Shown here: piece after piece, positions 18,328 through 27,557 of the stretch
Position numbering within the stretch: the stretch's first letter is position 1
How the letters are laid out: each line of letters begins with the position of its first letter
Program-made: the position numbers and the translations under genes
The notes under the pieces: generated by a model
Seen by the model: the letters and a program-made list of their open reading frames with translations, nothing else
The model's database searches: none
Told to the model about the DNA's origin: nothing
NCBI GenBank assembly: GCA_047605065.1
Contig: JASGGL010000001.1
Location: 1 to 42,421 of the forward strand
Length of the DNA: 42,421 nt
Direction of reading: 5' to 3'
Origin: Asticcacaulis sp.
Lineage (GTDB): Bacteria > Pseudomonadota > Alphaproteobacteria > Caulobacterales > Caulobacteraceae

Positions 18328-18365
18328 TTAACTCGAAATTAACCACGCGATCGGCAAAATCTGCC
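18328..18365 (+). promoter_or_regulatory. CtrA box plus GGCA-N5-TGCC element upstream of fliQ
   Basis: Perfect TTAA-N7-TTAAC at 18328-18343, then GGCAAAATCTGCC at 18353-18365. Confidence 0.85.
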
Positions 18366-18422
18366 CATCGGATCGCGGGGCGGTTCGATGGAAGACAGTA
18401 TCAGAACGGTTGGGGTATATCC

Positions 18423-18686
18423 ATGAACGGAACCGAGGTCCTAAGCGTCGGGCGCGACGCTATCTGGCTCACCATACAGCTTTGCGCTCCGGTTCTGATT
18501 GTCGGTCTGGTCGTCGGTGTGGTTATCGGTCTGTTTCAGGCCCTGACCCAGATTCAGGAGCAGACCCTGATCTATGCCCCGAAAATTATCGCGGTGTTCG
18601 TGACCCTGCTGCTGGTCCTGCCTCTGATGGGGGCGCTGCTGGCCGGGTTTATGAAGGAAATCGCCGCCAAGATCGCGGGCATATAG
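18423..18686 (+). CDS. fliQ: Flagellar export protein FliQ
   Basis: GLFQALTQIQEQTLIYAPKI. Confidence 0.96.
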   Translation: MNGTEVLSVGRDAIWLTIQLCAPVLIVGLVVGVVIGLFQALTQIQEQTLIYAPKIIAVFVTLLLVLPLMGALLAGFMKEIAAKIAGI

Positions 18687-18712
18687 GCGCGGTTTCCAGA
18701 ATCGCCTCATAG

Positions 18713-19528
18713 GTGGCAGTCATGATCCCTGCCGTAGCCTCACCGGATTTTGCCACCGAGGTTTCCTCCTTTTTCGGTACGTCTCAGGTCGTCTTTTCGG
18801 TGGCCCTGATTTTCGTGCGTATCGGCATGATCGCTACGCTGGTGCCCGGCATGGGGGATCAGGCAGTGCCGCCGCGACTTCGGCTGTCCTTTGCCTTCGT
18901 TTTCAGTCTTTTGCTGTTTCCCATACTTCAGCCGCAACTGCCGCCGCTTCCGGCAAAGGTCAGCGATATGGCGGGCCTTATCATCCACGAGGGGGTGATT
19001 GGCCTGATGCTGGGGATGTTGATGCGCACCTTTCTGGCGGCGCTGGCCATTGCGGGGGAGGTGGTCTCGCTTCAGACGACGCTTTCCTTTGCCCAGACCG
19101 CCAATCCGGCTCAGGCCCAGCCATCGACCAGCGTCGGCACCTTTCTGGCCATGCTGGGGCTGGTGCTCATCTATGCGACCAACCTGCATCACCTGTTCAT
19201 CGCCGGGATGCGCGATTCCTATAACGTCTTTCCCCCCATGCGGCCCGTCATGGTGGGCGACGCCACGCAACTGATGGTCAGGACCGTGGCGGATACCTTT
19301 ATGCTGGCGCTCCAGATGACGACGCCGGTGCTTATCTTTGGGCTCATCATCAATATAGCGGCCGGCTTCGTCAGCCGTATCATGCCGGCCTTTCCGATCT
19401 TTTTCGCCGTGACGCCGCTGAGCGTTCTTCTGGGCCTGTCGATCTTCGCTATCAGTCTGGGCGCGACGGGTATGGTCTTCATCGAGCATTACGAGGAATT
19501 CCTCATGCTCTTCGTCCGCGCGCACTGA
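18713..19528 (+). CDS. fliR: Flagellar export protein FliR
   Basis: Polytopic, with VPPRLRL, AGEVVSLQ, NLHHLFI and GFVSRIMP. Lies between fliQ and flhB. Start could be 18722. Confidence 0.94.
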   Translation: MAVMIPAVASPDFATEVSSFFGTSQVVFSVALIFVRIGMIATLVPGMGDQAVPPRLRLSFAFVFSLLLFPILQPQLPPLPAKVSDMAGLIIHEGVIGLMLGMLMRTFLAALAIAGEVVSLQTTLSFAQTANPAQAQPSTSVGTFLAMLGLVLIYATNLHHLFIAGMRDSYNVFPPMRPVMVGDATQLMVRTVADTFMLALQMTTPVLIFGLIINIAAGFVSRIMPAFPIFFAVTPLSVLLGLSIFAISLGATGMVFIEHYEEFLMLFVRAH

Positions 19529-19536
19529 GGTGAGGC

Positions 19537-20604
19537 ATGGCGGACGAAGGTGAAGACAAAACAGAAGAAGCCTCGGGCCGAAAACTCGAGGAAGCGCGAA
19601 AGAAGGGTGATGTCGCCAAATCCGCCGACATCCCTCAGGCCTTATCGCTGATCGCGGCCTGCGCGCTGATCCTTCTGTATGGTGATAAGATCGCGCTGTC
19701 CCTGACCGAAACCCTCAGGGTCTTTATCGCCGCCCCGCATCAGTTGCGCGACTCGCTGATGGGGGATGGCGGCGTGACCATCGCCAACGACCTGATGGTC
19801 AAGGTGCTGCCGATCATCGCCCTGATTATGGGGGTGGCGGCTGTGGGCGGGGTCATCGGACATCTGGGGCAAACCGGCCTGATGTTCAGCGCCGAAAAGC
19901 TCAAGCCGGATTTCAGCAAGCTCAATCCGCTGTCCGGTTTCAAGCGCCTGTTCGGTGTCGATGCCCTGATTCAGTTCGGCAAGACCCTGATCAAGCTGAT
20001 CGCCGTCGGTTTTATCACCTGGCTGGTGCTTAAGGCACGCGCCGTCGAAGTGATCGCACTGGCCGGGGCGTCTCCGTTGCTGATCCTGCCCTATGCCAAG
20101 GAGGTGTTCTTCTCTCTGGCGGTGGCCGTGTGCCTGTTCATGGTCGCCGAGGGCGGGTTCGACTTCTTCATCCAGAAGTATCGCTTCGCCCAGAAGATGA
20201 AGATGACCAAGACCGAGGTGAAGGACGAATTCAAGCAGACCGAAGGCGATCCGCACGTCAAGGCGCGCCTGCGACAGATCCGCATGGAAAAATCGCGTCA
20301 GCGCATGATGGCCAATGTCCCGAAGGCGACCGTGGTCATCACCAACCCGACCCACTACGCCGTGGCCCTGCGCTATGACGATGAAACGCCTGCGCCCATG
20401 TGTGTGGCCAAGGGCGTCGACAGCCTTGCGCTCAAGATCCGCGAAGTCGCCGGTGAACACGACATCACCATCGTCGAAGACCCGCCGCTGGCTCGCGCGC
20501 TCTATGCGGCGGTCGATGTCGATGAACTGATCCCCGAAGCCCATTATAAGGCCGTGGCCAACATCATCACCTTCGTCATGACGCGTAAGCGGCGCGGGTT
20601 CTGA
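19537..20604 (+). CDS. flhB: Flagellar export protein FlhB
   Basis: DKTEEAS..ARKKGDVAKS, EGDPHVKAR and autocleavage motif NPTH. Confidence 0.97.
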   Translation: MADEGEDKTEEASGRKLEEARKKGDVAKSADIPQALSLIAACALILLYGDKIALSLTETLRVFIAAPHQLRDSLMGDGGVTIANDLMVKVLPIIALIMGVAAVGGVIGHLGQTGLMFSAEKLKPDFSKLNPLSGFKRLFGVDALIQFGKTLIKLIAVGFITWLVLKARAVEVIALAGASPLLILPYAKEVFFSLAVAVCLFMVAEGGFDFFIQKYRFAQKMKMTKTEVKDEFKQTEGDPHVKARLRQIRMEKSRQRMMANVPKATVVITNPTHYAVALRYDDETPAPMCVAKGVDSLALKIREVAGEHDITIVEDPPLARALYAAVDVDELIPEAHYKAVANIITFVMTRKRRGF

Positions 20605-20713
20605 TTTTCCGTGAATAGCCAAAGAAAATGGCCAGAGAAAATGGCCTAAGGCAGGATCGGCAAACTAGGTTAAAATCCAGCGATTCGTTTTGCCGAAGGG
20701 TTGCCCGTTGACC

Positions 20714-22855
20714 ATGTCCACTACCGAAAAAACCGCACCGAGCTCAGGCCTCAAATCTGCCATCGAGCGTCTCCGCGATTTTGTGACTCCGTGGACCCTT
20801 CTGATCGTCGGACTGGTGGTCGCGGCGGCCTGTACGGTTTTCTGGCTCATCTCAGGCGAACTGCCAGTGGGCGTGGTTCTGACCATACTGGTCATCGCCA
20901 TGGGCGCGGTGGTGTCTCTGGGGCTTTTTACGTTCAGCCATGACGATGAGACATCTGACGGCGCTCTGGGTGTGCAGCAGCTTGCGGATGCGTTGTCCGA
21001 ACCGGCGGCGGTTGCCGGTTTCGACGGGCGGCTGCTGGCGGTGAATCCGGCCTGGCGCGATGCGGGCGGCAATCAGAAGCGCCTGCCGCAGGGCGATGAA
21101 GCGCCCGCCCTGTTCGTGGCAATGCGCGAAGCCCGCACACAAGGGGGCAGCCGCGCCCTTGTCCGGCTGGGCAGCTTCGATTTTGAAATGCTGGTCTCGC
21201 GTCTGGGCGACGATCAGGTTCTGGTGCGCGCCGCCTCGCAAGGCGTGCTGGGGACGGGGCTTCTGCTCAATCACGAACTGCCCGCCGCTCCGGTAGGGGA
21301 GGCCGTGGCCGAAGAGGTCGCGGTGGTTCAGTCTGTCGCGGCCCCTGTTGACGCCCCTGCCTTTGACGGTTCGGATGCGCCTTTCGGTCAGGCCCTGCTG
21401 CAGGGTGATAAGCTGATGGAGGCGCGTCTTGTCCGTCTCAATGGTGCCTTTGCCGGCCTTATGGGGCGCGCGGCTGAGGCCCTGACCGGGCAGGTGTGGG
21501 GCGCCTTCCTCGAAGCGTCTTCGCGCGAAGAAGCGCAAGGCAAGCTCGATCTGGGCAAGACGGCGTTCGAGGTGCGGCTTGACGGTAGCCGCGACCTGCC
21601 GATTCAGGTGCGTCTGGCGCGTACCGAAGGCGGCTTCATGCTCTATCTCTTCGACATCAGCGAGCAGAAGCAGCTGGAGCAAAGTCTGGCGCAGGTGCAG
21701 AAGATGCAGGCCATCGGACAATTCGCCGGTGGTGTTGCGCACGACCTGAACAACCTGCTCACCGGCCTGAAACTGCGGGTGGAGGACCTGCTGCACAATC
21801 ACCCGCTGGGGGACCCGTCCTATGGCGGCCTGAATGAAATTCGTCAGATATCTACCCGCGCCGAAGATCTGGTGCGCAAGCTTCTGGCCTTTTCGCGCAA
21901 ACAAACCGTCAAGCGCGTCACGCATAATCTGGGCGAACTGATTTCGGAATCCGAGGTCCTGCTGCGCCGTCTGATGCGTGAGGACGTCAAGCTTGAAACG
22001 GAATATGGCCGCGACCTGCCCGACATCCACGCCGACAAGGGGCAGATGGAAATGGCGGTGATGAATCTGGTCGTCAATGCCCGCGACGCGGTGCATGCCT
22101 CCGGCGGCGGGCGGGTGAAGATCCGCACCAGCGCTTTGACTCAGGCCGAGGCGGTGGCGCAGGGCTGGGCAGAGGCTCCGTCTCAGGGGGCGGCCCTTAT
22201 CGAAGTGTCGGACAATGGTCCCGGCATTCCGCCCGATATCATGGCCAAGGTGTTCGAGCCCTTTTTCACCACCAAGCCGCTGGGCGAGGGGACCGGTCTG
22301 GGGCTGGCCACCGTCTATGGCATCGTCAATCAGGCGGACGGTCACATCTCGATCACCTCGGTCGTCGCCCCCGAAAACGGGCATGGCGCGACCTTCCGCA
22401 TCTTCCTGCCGATCAAGGTGCATGTCGCCAAACCGGACGCCCCCAAGGTTGCACCAGCGGCGGTCAAGGTCACGCCGCGTGACATGTCCGGCGCGGGGCG
22501 CATCCTCTTCGTCGAGGACGAAGAGATTGTGCGCGGCATCGCCGCCCGTCTGCTGCGTCAGCGTGGTTATGAGGTGACCGAAGCCGCCGATGGTGAAGAG
22601 GCGCTCGACATCATTCAGGACGGCGGCAAGTTCGATCTGCTGATTTCGGACGTTATCATGCCGGGGCTGGACGGGCCGTCCATGCTCAAGAAGGCGCGGC
22701 CCTTCCTTGGCAATGTGCCGGTCATGTTCATTTCGGGCTATGCCGAGGCGGAGTTCTCGGACCTGCTTGAGGATGAAACCGGCGTGTCCTTCCTGCCCAA
22801 GCCGCTGGATATCAAGACGCTGGCCGAACGCGTTAAGGAGCAGCTGGCGGCTTAA
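20714..22855 (+). CDS. cckA: Cell-cycle hybrid histidine kinase CckA
   Basis: Two TMs, PAS-like regions, H-box AGGVAHDLNNLL, NLVVNARDA, FFTTK..GTGLGL and a C-terminal receiver domain. Conserved position after flhB. Confidence 0.92.
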   Translation: MSTTEKTAPSSGLKSAIERLRDFVTPWTLLIVGLVVAAACTVFWLISGELPVGVVLTILVIAMGAVVSLGLFTFSHDDETSDGALGVQQLADALSEPAAVAGFDGRLLAVNPAWRDAGGNQKRLPQGDEAPALFVAMREARTQGGSRALVRLGSFDFEMLVSRLGDDQVLVRAASQGVLGTGLLLNHELPAAPVGEAVAEEVAVVQSVAAPVDAPAFDGSDAPFGQALLQGDKLMEARLVRLNGAFAGLMGRAAEALTGQVWGAFLEASSREEAQGKLDLGKTAFEVRLDGSRDLPIQVRLARTEGGFMLYLFDISEQKQLEQSLAQVQKMQAIGQFAGGVAHDLNNLLTGLKLRVEDLLHNHPLGDPSYGGLNEIRQISTRAEDLVRKLLAFSRKQTVKRVTHNLGELISESEVLLRRLMREDVKLETEYGRDLPDIHADKGQMEMAVMNLVVNARDAVHASGGGRVKIRTSALTQAEAVAQGWAEAPSQGAALIEVSDNGPGIPPDIMAKVFEPFFTTKPLGEGTGLGLATVYGIVNQADGHISITSVVAPENGHGATFRIFLPIKVHVAKPDAPKVAPAAVKVTPRDMSGAGRILFVEDEEIVRGIAARLLRQRGYEVTEAADGEEALDIIQDGGKFDLLISDVIMPGLDGPSMLKKARPFLGNVPVMFISGYAEAEFSDLLEDETGVSFLPKPLDIKTLAERVKEQLAA

Positions 22856-22895
22856 AATCCATAAAACGGTGAAGGCAGAGTGTTATGGGTGCGCG

Positions 22896-23294
22896 ATGAA
22901 AACCTTTGATCCAATTGCCATTCGTAATGCGTTGCTGGAGAAAAATGTAACGCTTAACGCGCCTGCGACAGACGATACATTTGAGAATTTAAAGACGTGG
23001 TTAGGTAAGCCAATACACCCTGATGTTATTAGCCTAATGCGCCAGTTCGATGGGTTCTCGGATGGCGATTTCGAAGAAAGATCGTTCGTGTCCGTGTGGG
23101 CAATGGAAAAAGCCATACGAGATAATTGGTCGAAACGTCCGCTTTTAGCGTTTTCAGATTGGTCTTTGAACGCAATTATCTTTGGGTTCGATCCATCAAC
23201 CGTGGGGCCAGTCATCAGTATAGAAGATGGTCTGGTTGTGGCGCCTTCTTATGCCGACTTCTGGTCTTTGTTACTGGCGGACCGTATTTTTTAA
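22896..23294 (+). CDS. SMI1/KNR4 (SUKH)-like immunity-type protein
   Basis: 132 aa with LNAPATDD..L...LG..I.PD....QFDG and VAPSYADF. AT-richer than its neighbours. Confidence 0.7.
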   Translation: MKTFDPIAIRNALLEKNVTLNAPATDDTFENLKTWLGKPIHPDVISLMRQFDGFSDGDFEERSFVSVWAMEKAIRDNWSKRPLLAFSDWSLNAIIFGFDPSTVGPVISIEDGLVVAPSYADFWSLLLADRIF

Positions 23295-23362
23295 GTATCG
23301 GGAACATTAAGGGGCGGGATCTCCTCGCGCCCCAGCTAACGGGTGCAGGGTCTGCGACCCTG

Positions 23363-24070
23363 CTATTCCCCCACGGCGGGATCGTAGGTTTCGATCAGGG
23401 CCAGCGATTCCTGCAGGATGGCGCGCATGGCCGCCTGAGCGGCCTCATCGTCTCCGGCCTCGATCGCAATCAGGACGGCTTCGTGCGCGGGGACCGAGGC
23501 AGTATGGCCGGAAATCCGATTGGTGATGCGGATCGAGATGCGCAGCGCCGTATTGATCAGTTCGCGCAACTGCCAGAAGAAGGGGTTGCCTGAGGCCCGC
23601 AGGATGGCGACGTGGAATTCGATGTCGGCAGCCAGCGCCTGTTCGGCATCACCGGCTTTTTCGTGCATGCGGTTCAGGCCGTCGCGGATGGCGCGGATAT
23701 CCCCGGCATCGGCGCGCCGGGCGGCCAGAGCGGCGGCCACGGGCTCGATCGCCAGACGGACCTGCGTAAATTCACGGTAGATCTTGTTGGAAAACGGCCG
23801 TTCCATCAGCCAGCGCGTCACGTCCGGATCAAGGAGATTCCAGTTGGCAACCGGCTGGACCTTGGTGCCCTGACGCGGGCGGGCACTCAGAAGCCCCTTG
23901 GCGGTCAGCATCTTGACGGCTTCGCGCGCGACAGTGCGGCTGGCTGAAAACTGGGTGCACAGTTCGGCTTCGGTCGGGAAGCCCTTACCGTCGTAATACC
24001 CCGCTACAATGGATTGTCCCAGAGTTTCCAGAAGTCCGTAGGTGAGGCTGACGCCGTGTTGCGTGCGCAT
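23363..24070 (-). CDS. FadR/GntR-family transcriptional regulator
   Basis: wHTH FPTEAELCTQFSASRTVAREAVKML..KGL and FCD domain ADIEFH..SGNPF. Confidence 0.93.
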   Translation of the reverse strand: MRTQHGVSLTYGLLETLGQSIVAGYYDGKGFPTEAELCTQFSASRTVAREAVKMLTAKGLLSARPRQGTKVQPVANWNLLDPDVTRWLMERPFSNKIYREFTQVRLAIEPVAAALAARRADAGDIRAIRDGLNRMHEKAGDAEQALAADIEFHVAILRASGNPFFWQLRELINTALRISIRITNRISGHTASVPAHEAVLIAIEAGDDEAAQAAMRAILQESLALIETYDPAVGE

Positions 24071-24362
24071 TATGTCGGGGCCTGTAGGGGAAATATGACG
24101 CTTATTATATCGAAGCTGAGTAATCGCCGGATTTCCCCTGATTTGTCCAGTGCAAAAGCACACACAAGTCGGCGACGGGCGACCCCGTCAAGAGGCATGA
24201 CGACATCGGTTTGCAAGGCCTCAGCCGTCTTTTATTCTCTCCACAGTAGTCCAGACAGCGACCGGTGGCGTAATATGTTTTGTGAAAACTAAGCCGTCAC
24301 AATTTCCGGATCGCTTTTTTACACACGCGGCATTCCTTTATCGTTCACTCATGGAGGCAGTC

Positions 24363-25607
24363 ATGGCAGGTTCCCCGGCGACCACATCTCCTGATCCGTC
24401 CTTTGGACTGGCCGTTGCCGACTGGCGCATCGTGCCTGTGGGCCTGCGTCAGCCGCTGAAGGTGCTTCGGCACAACTGGCATCGCGGTAATCTCGATCTG
24501 GTCCTGCCCAACGGCAAGGCTTTTGAAATCCGCGGGCAGCTTCCCGGCCCGCATGGCGTGCTCAGGGTCAGGGATTTTCGCTTCCTGAAGCGCGTGCTGG
24601 CCGCCGGCGATATCGGGTTTTGCGATGGGTACGTCGCCGAAGAATGGGATACGCCGGACCTGCCCGAACTGCTGGAAGTCTTCACCCTCAATATCGACCG
24701 GTTACAGCGCTTTCTGACGGGAAATCCGCTGGTTATCTTCATCAACCGCATCCTGCACGCGCTGAAGCATAATTCGCGCGAAGGCTCGCGGCGCAACATC
24801 TTCGCCCACTACGACCTCGGCAATGCCTTCTACGGGGAGTGGCTGGATGCGACCATGACCTATTCCTCGGCTTTGTTCGAAGGCACCGAAGGCCTTGAGG
24901 CGGCTCAGACGGCAAAGTACGCGGCCCTGGCGCGACTGGTCGATCTCAAACCTGGTCAGCACGTGCTTGAAATCGGCTGTGGCTGGGGTGGCTTTGCGGA
25001 ATACGCCGCCGGTGTCATCGGCGCAAAAGCCACCTGCCTGACGATTTCACCGGCCCAGCACGCCTTTGCGGTCGAGCGTATGAAACGTCAGGGCCTGTCG
25101 GACAGGGTGGAGGTCAGGCTGCTCGACTACCGCGACGTGACGGGGCAGTTCGACGCCATTGTGTCTATCGAAATGTTCGAAGCCGTGGGGCAGGCCTATT
25201 GGGACGCCTATTTCCGTCAGGTGGCCGATCGCCTGAAACCCGGTGGCAAGGCAGGTCTTCAGATCATCACCATTCGTGACGACCTGTTCGAGTCTTATCG
25301 CCGTCGCCCGGACTTTATCCAGAAATATATCTTCCCGGGCGGCATGCTGCCCTCGCTGGAAAAGCTGAACCTGCACAGTGAGAAGGCGGGCCTTGAGGTC
25401 ATGTCGGACATGGCTTTCGGTCAGGACTATGCCCTGACGCTGAACCTTTGGGCGCGGCGTTTCGAAGCGGCGTGGGGCGAGGGGCGGATCAAGGGGTTTG
25501 ACGCCGCTTTCCGCAAAATGTGGCTGTTCTATCTGGCCTATTGCGAGGCGGGTTTCCGCACCGGACGCACAAATGTTGTGCATTACGGCCTGACCCGCCC
25601 GGCCTGA
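24363..25607 (+). CDS. cfa: Cyclopropane-fatty-acyl-phospholipid synthase family methyltransferase
   Basis: HYDLGNAFY, MTYSSA, VLEIGCGWGG, SIEMFEAVG, FIQKYIFPGG and YLAYCEAGF. Confidence 0.88.
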   Translation: MAGSPATTSPDPSFGLAVADWRIVPVGLRQPLKVLRHNWHRGNLDLVLPNGKAFEIRGQLPGPHGVLRVRDFRFLKRVLAAGDIGFCDGYVAEEWDTPDLPELLEVFTLNIDRLQRFLTGNPLVIFINRILHALKHNSREGSRRNIFAHYDLGNAFYGEWLDATMTYSSALFEGTEGLEAAQTAKYAALARLVDLKPGQHVLEIGCGWGGFAEYAAGVIGAKATCLTISPAQHAFAVERMKRQGLSDRVEVRLLDYRDVTGQFDAIVSIEMFEAVGQAYWDAYFRQVADRLKPGGKAGLQIITIRDDLFESYRRRPDFIQKYIFPGGMLPSLEKLNLHSEKAGLEVMSDMAFGQDYALTLNLWARRFEAAWGEGRIKGFDAAFRKMWLFYLAYCEAGFRTGRTNVVHYGLTRPA

Positions 25608-25659
25608 GCCTGCCGAAAAGGCTTGTCTCCCCCCCACGGGCGGGCTAACCAAGCCCTAA

Positions 25660-26316
25660 GTGGAAACGAAGGCGGGAATCGATTGCGATTCCCCGGAGTG
25701 GGGCGAGAGCTTGGCGGACGACGGCAAGAGCAGCAGGCGGAACGGGGCGATCACCCTCGTGCGGCATGGCGAACCCGCCCTGTCGCGCCGCGTCAGTCTG
25801 ACGGCAGCCGGATACCGCGACTGGTGGAGCCGCTACGAAGTGGCAGGCCTGCTCGAAGGCCAGATACCGCCGCCCATGCTCATTCGCTTCGCCGAAGAGG
25901 CGGGGTATATCTATTCCTCGACCCTTCAGCGTTCGATTGAAACCGCCCGCGCGGTCTGCAAGGGCAAGGCCTTCGAGTCCCTGCCTATGTTCGTCGAAGC
26001 CCCTCTGCCGCCGCCAGGTTTCCCGGGTTTTATCAAATTCTCCCCGAAATACTGGGGCGGCATTTCGCGCTTCTGGTGGTGGGCGTTCAATCACCACACT
26101 CCCGGTGAAGAAACGCGCAGACAGGCCGAGGCCCGCGCCGTTGAGGCGGCGCGTTTTCTCGATGAAAAGGCGCGCCGGGGCGAAGACGTCCTCCTGATGG
26201 CCCACGGCTATTTCAACTGGATGATTTCGCTCGAACTTGGGAAATTAGGCTATAGCCAAACCTGCGAGCAGGGGTTTAAGTACTGGGGCTGCCGCCGCTA
26301 CGAGAAACGCGGTTAG
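25660..26316 (+). CDS. Histidine phosphatase (phosphoglycerate mutase-like) family protein
   Basis: LVRHG, SSTLQRSIETA and LLMAHG motifs. Start uncertain (possibly TTG 25711). Confidence 0.85.
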   Translation: METKAGIDCDSPEWGESLADDGKSSRRNGAITLVRHGEPALSRRVSLTAAGYRDWWSRYEVAGLLEGQIPPPMLIRFAEEAGYIYSSTLQRSIETARAVCKGKAFESLPMFVEAPLPPPGFPGFIKFSPKYWGGISRFWWWAFNHHTPGEETRRQAEARAVEAARFLDEKARRGEDVLLMAHGYFNWMISLELGKLGYSQTCEQGFKYWGCRRYEKRG

Positions 26317-26362
26317 AGCGCTCTTCGATATTCCGTACATCTGCGTAACCTGTTGAGAGGCC

Positions 26363-26608
26363 ATGTCCATGACCGACGCTGCTGAAACCCTGTCTTTCGA
26401 AGACGCGCTGGCCCAGCTTGAGCGCATTGTGGCTGAGCTTGAGTCAGGTCAGGCCCCGCTTGAAAAGTCGCTGGACCTCTATAAGCGCGGGGCGACGCTC
26501 AAGGCCCTGTGCGAGCAAAGGCTGGAGGCCGCGCGGCTTCAGGTCGAAAAAATCACCCTGTCGAAGACCGGTCAGGCCGAAGGCGTGGCGCCTGCGGAGT
26601 TTAACTGA
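26363..26608 (+). CDS. xseB: Exodeoxyribonuclease VII small subunit
   Basis: SFEDALAQLERIVAELESG..PLEKSLDLYKRG. Confidence 0.95.
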   Translation: MSMTDAAETLSFEDALAQLERIVAELESGQAPLEKSLDLYKRGATLKALCEQRLEAARLQVEKITLSKTGQAEGVAPAEFN

Positions 26609-26611
26609 TTG

Positions 26612-27520
26612 ATGCCGGTGGCCGCCAATTCCGATGTGCCGCCCCTGCATCAGCGCATGCAGGAAACCGCCGATCTGGTGACGATGGCACTGGATGAGCT
26701 TTTGCCGCGCGCCGATGGGTTCGAAGCACGCCTGACCGAAGCCATGCGCTATGCGGCGCTGGGGCCGGGTAAACGGTTGCGCCCCTTTTTCGCGCTTGAG
26801 GCCGGGCGTCTGTTCGATGCCGACCCGCAGGCCGTGTTGCGCGCGGCCTGTGCGCTGGAATGTATCCACGCCTATTCGCTGGTTCATGACGACCTGCCTT
26901 GTATGGATGACGATGACATCCGCCGCGGGCAGTTGACGGTACACCGCGCCTATGACGAAGCGACCGCGGTGCTGGCCGGGGACGCGCTTCAGACCGTGGC
27001 CTTTGAAATTCTGGCGTCGGAAGATACCCACGAAGACCCGCGCGTACGTATCGAACTGATTTCACGTCTGGCTCTGGCCTCAGGCGCGCAGGGCATGGCC
27101 GGTGGTCAGATGATCGACCTGATCGGCGTGTCCGACGATCTGGGCGGCGTGGCGCGTATGCAGCGCATGAAGACAGGCGCACTGATTGTGCATGCCTTTG
27201 AAATTCCGATCATCGTTGCCGACGCGCCGGAACGCGAGGCCAATGCCCTGATCCATTTCGCTCAGGATCTGGGGCTGGCCTATCAGATTGCCGACGACCT
27301 TCTGGATGTTGAGGGTGATCCCGACCTTCTGGGCAAGGCCGCCGGTGGCAAGGACGCCGCCAAGGGCAAGACCAATTTTGTCACCCTGCTGGGGCTTGAA
27401 GAGTCCAAGGCGCGGGTGAAGCTATTGTCCGAACAGTGTAAGGCCCGGCTCGATATTTTCGGTGCCGATGCGGATATCCTGCGCGACAGCGTTGATTTCG
27501 TTCTGAAACGACAGAGTTAG
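26612..27520 (+). CDS. ispA: Farnesyl diphosphate synthase
   Basis: [30 protein letters not shown] and [13 protein letters not shown]. Confidence 0.94.
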   Translation: MPVAANSDVPPLHQRMQETADLVTMALDELLPRADGFEARLTEAMRYAALGPGKRLRPFFALEAGRLFDADPQAVLRAACALECIHAYSLVHDDLPCMDDDDIRRGQLTVHRAYDEATAVLAGDALQTVAFEILASEDTHEDPRVRIELISRLALASGAQGMAGGQMIDLIGVSDDLGGVARMQRMKTGALIVHAFEIPIIVADAPEREANALIHFAQDLGLAYQIADDLLDVEGDPDLLGKAAGGKDAAKGKTNFVTLLGLEESKARVKLLSEQCKARLDIFGADADILRDSVDFVLKRQS

Positions 27521-27557
27521 ACCAAAGCGATGCAGGGGGAAGCCCGGGGGGGATGCA

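Noticed and set aside
23363-24070. GntR regulator controlling the divergent cfa gene
   Set aside because: I found no clear FadR-type palindrome in the spacer, and adjacency alone is not enough.
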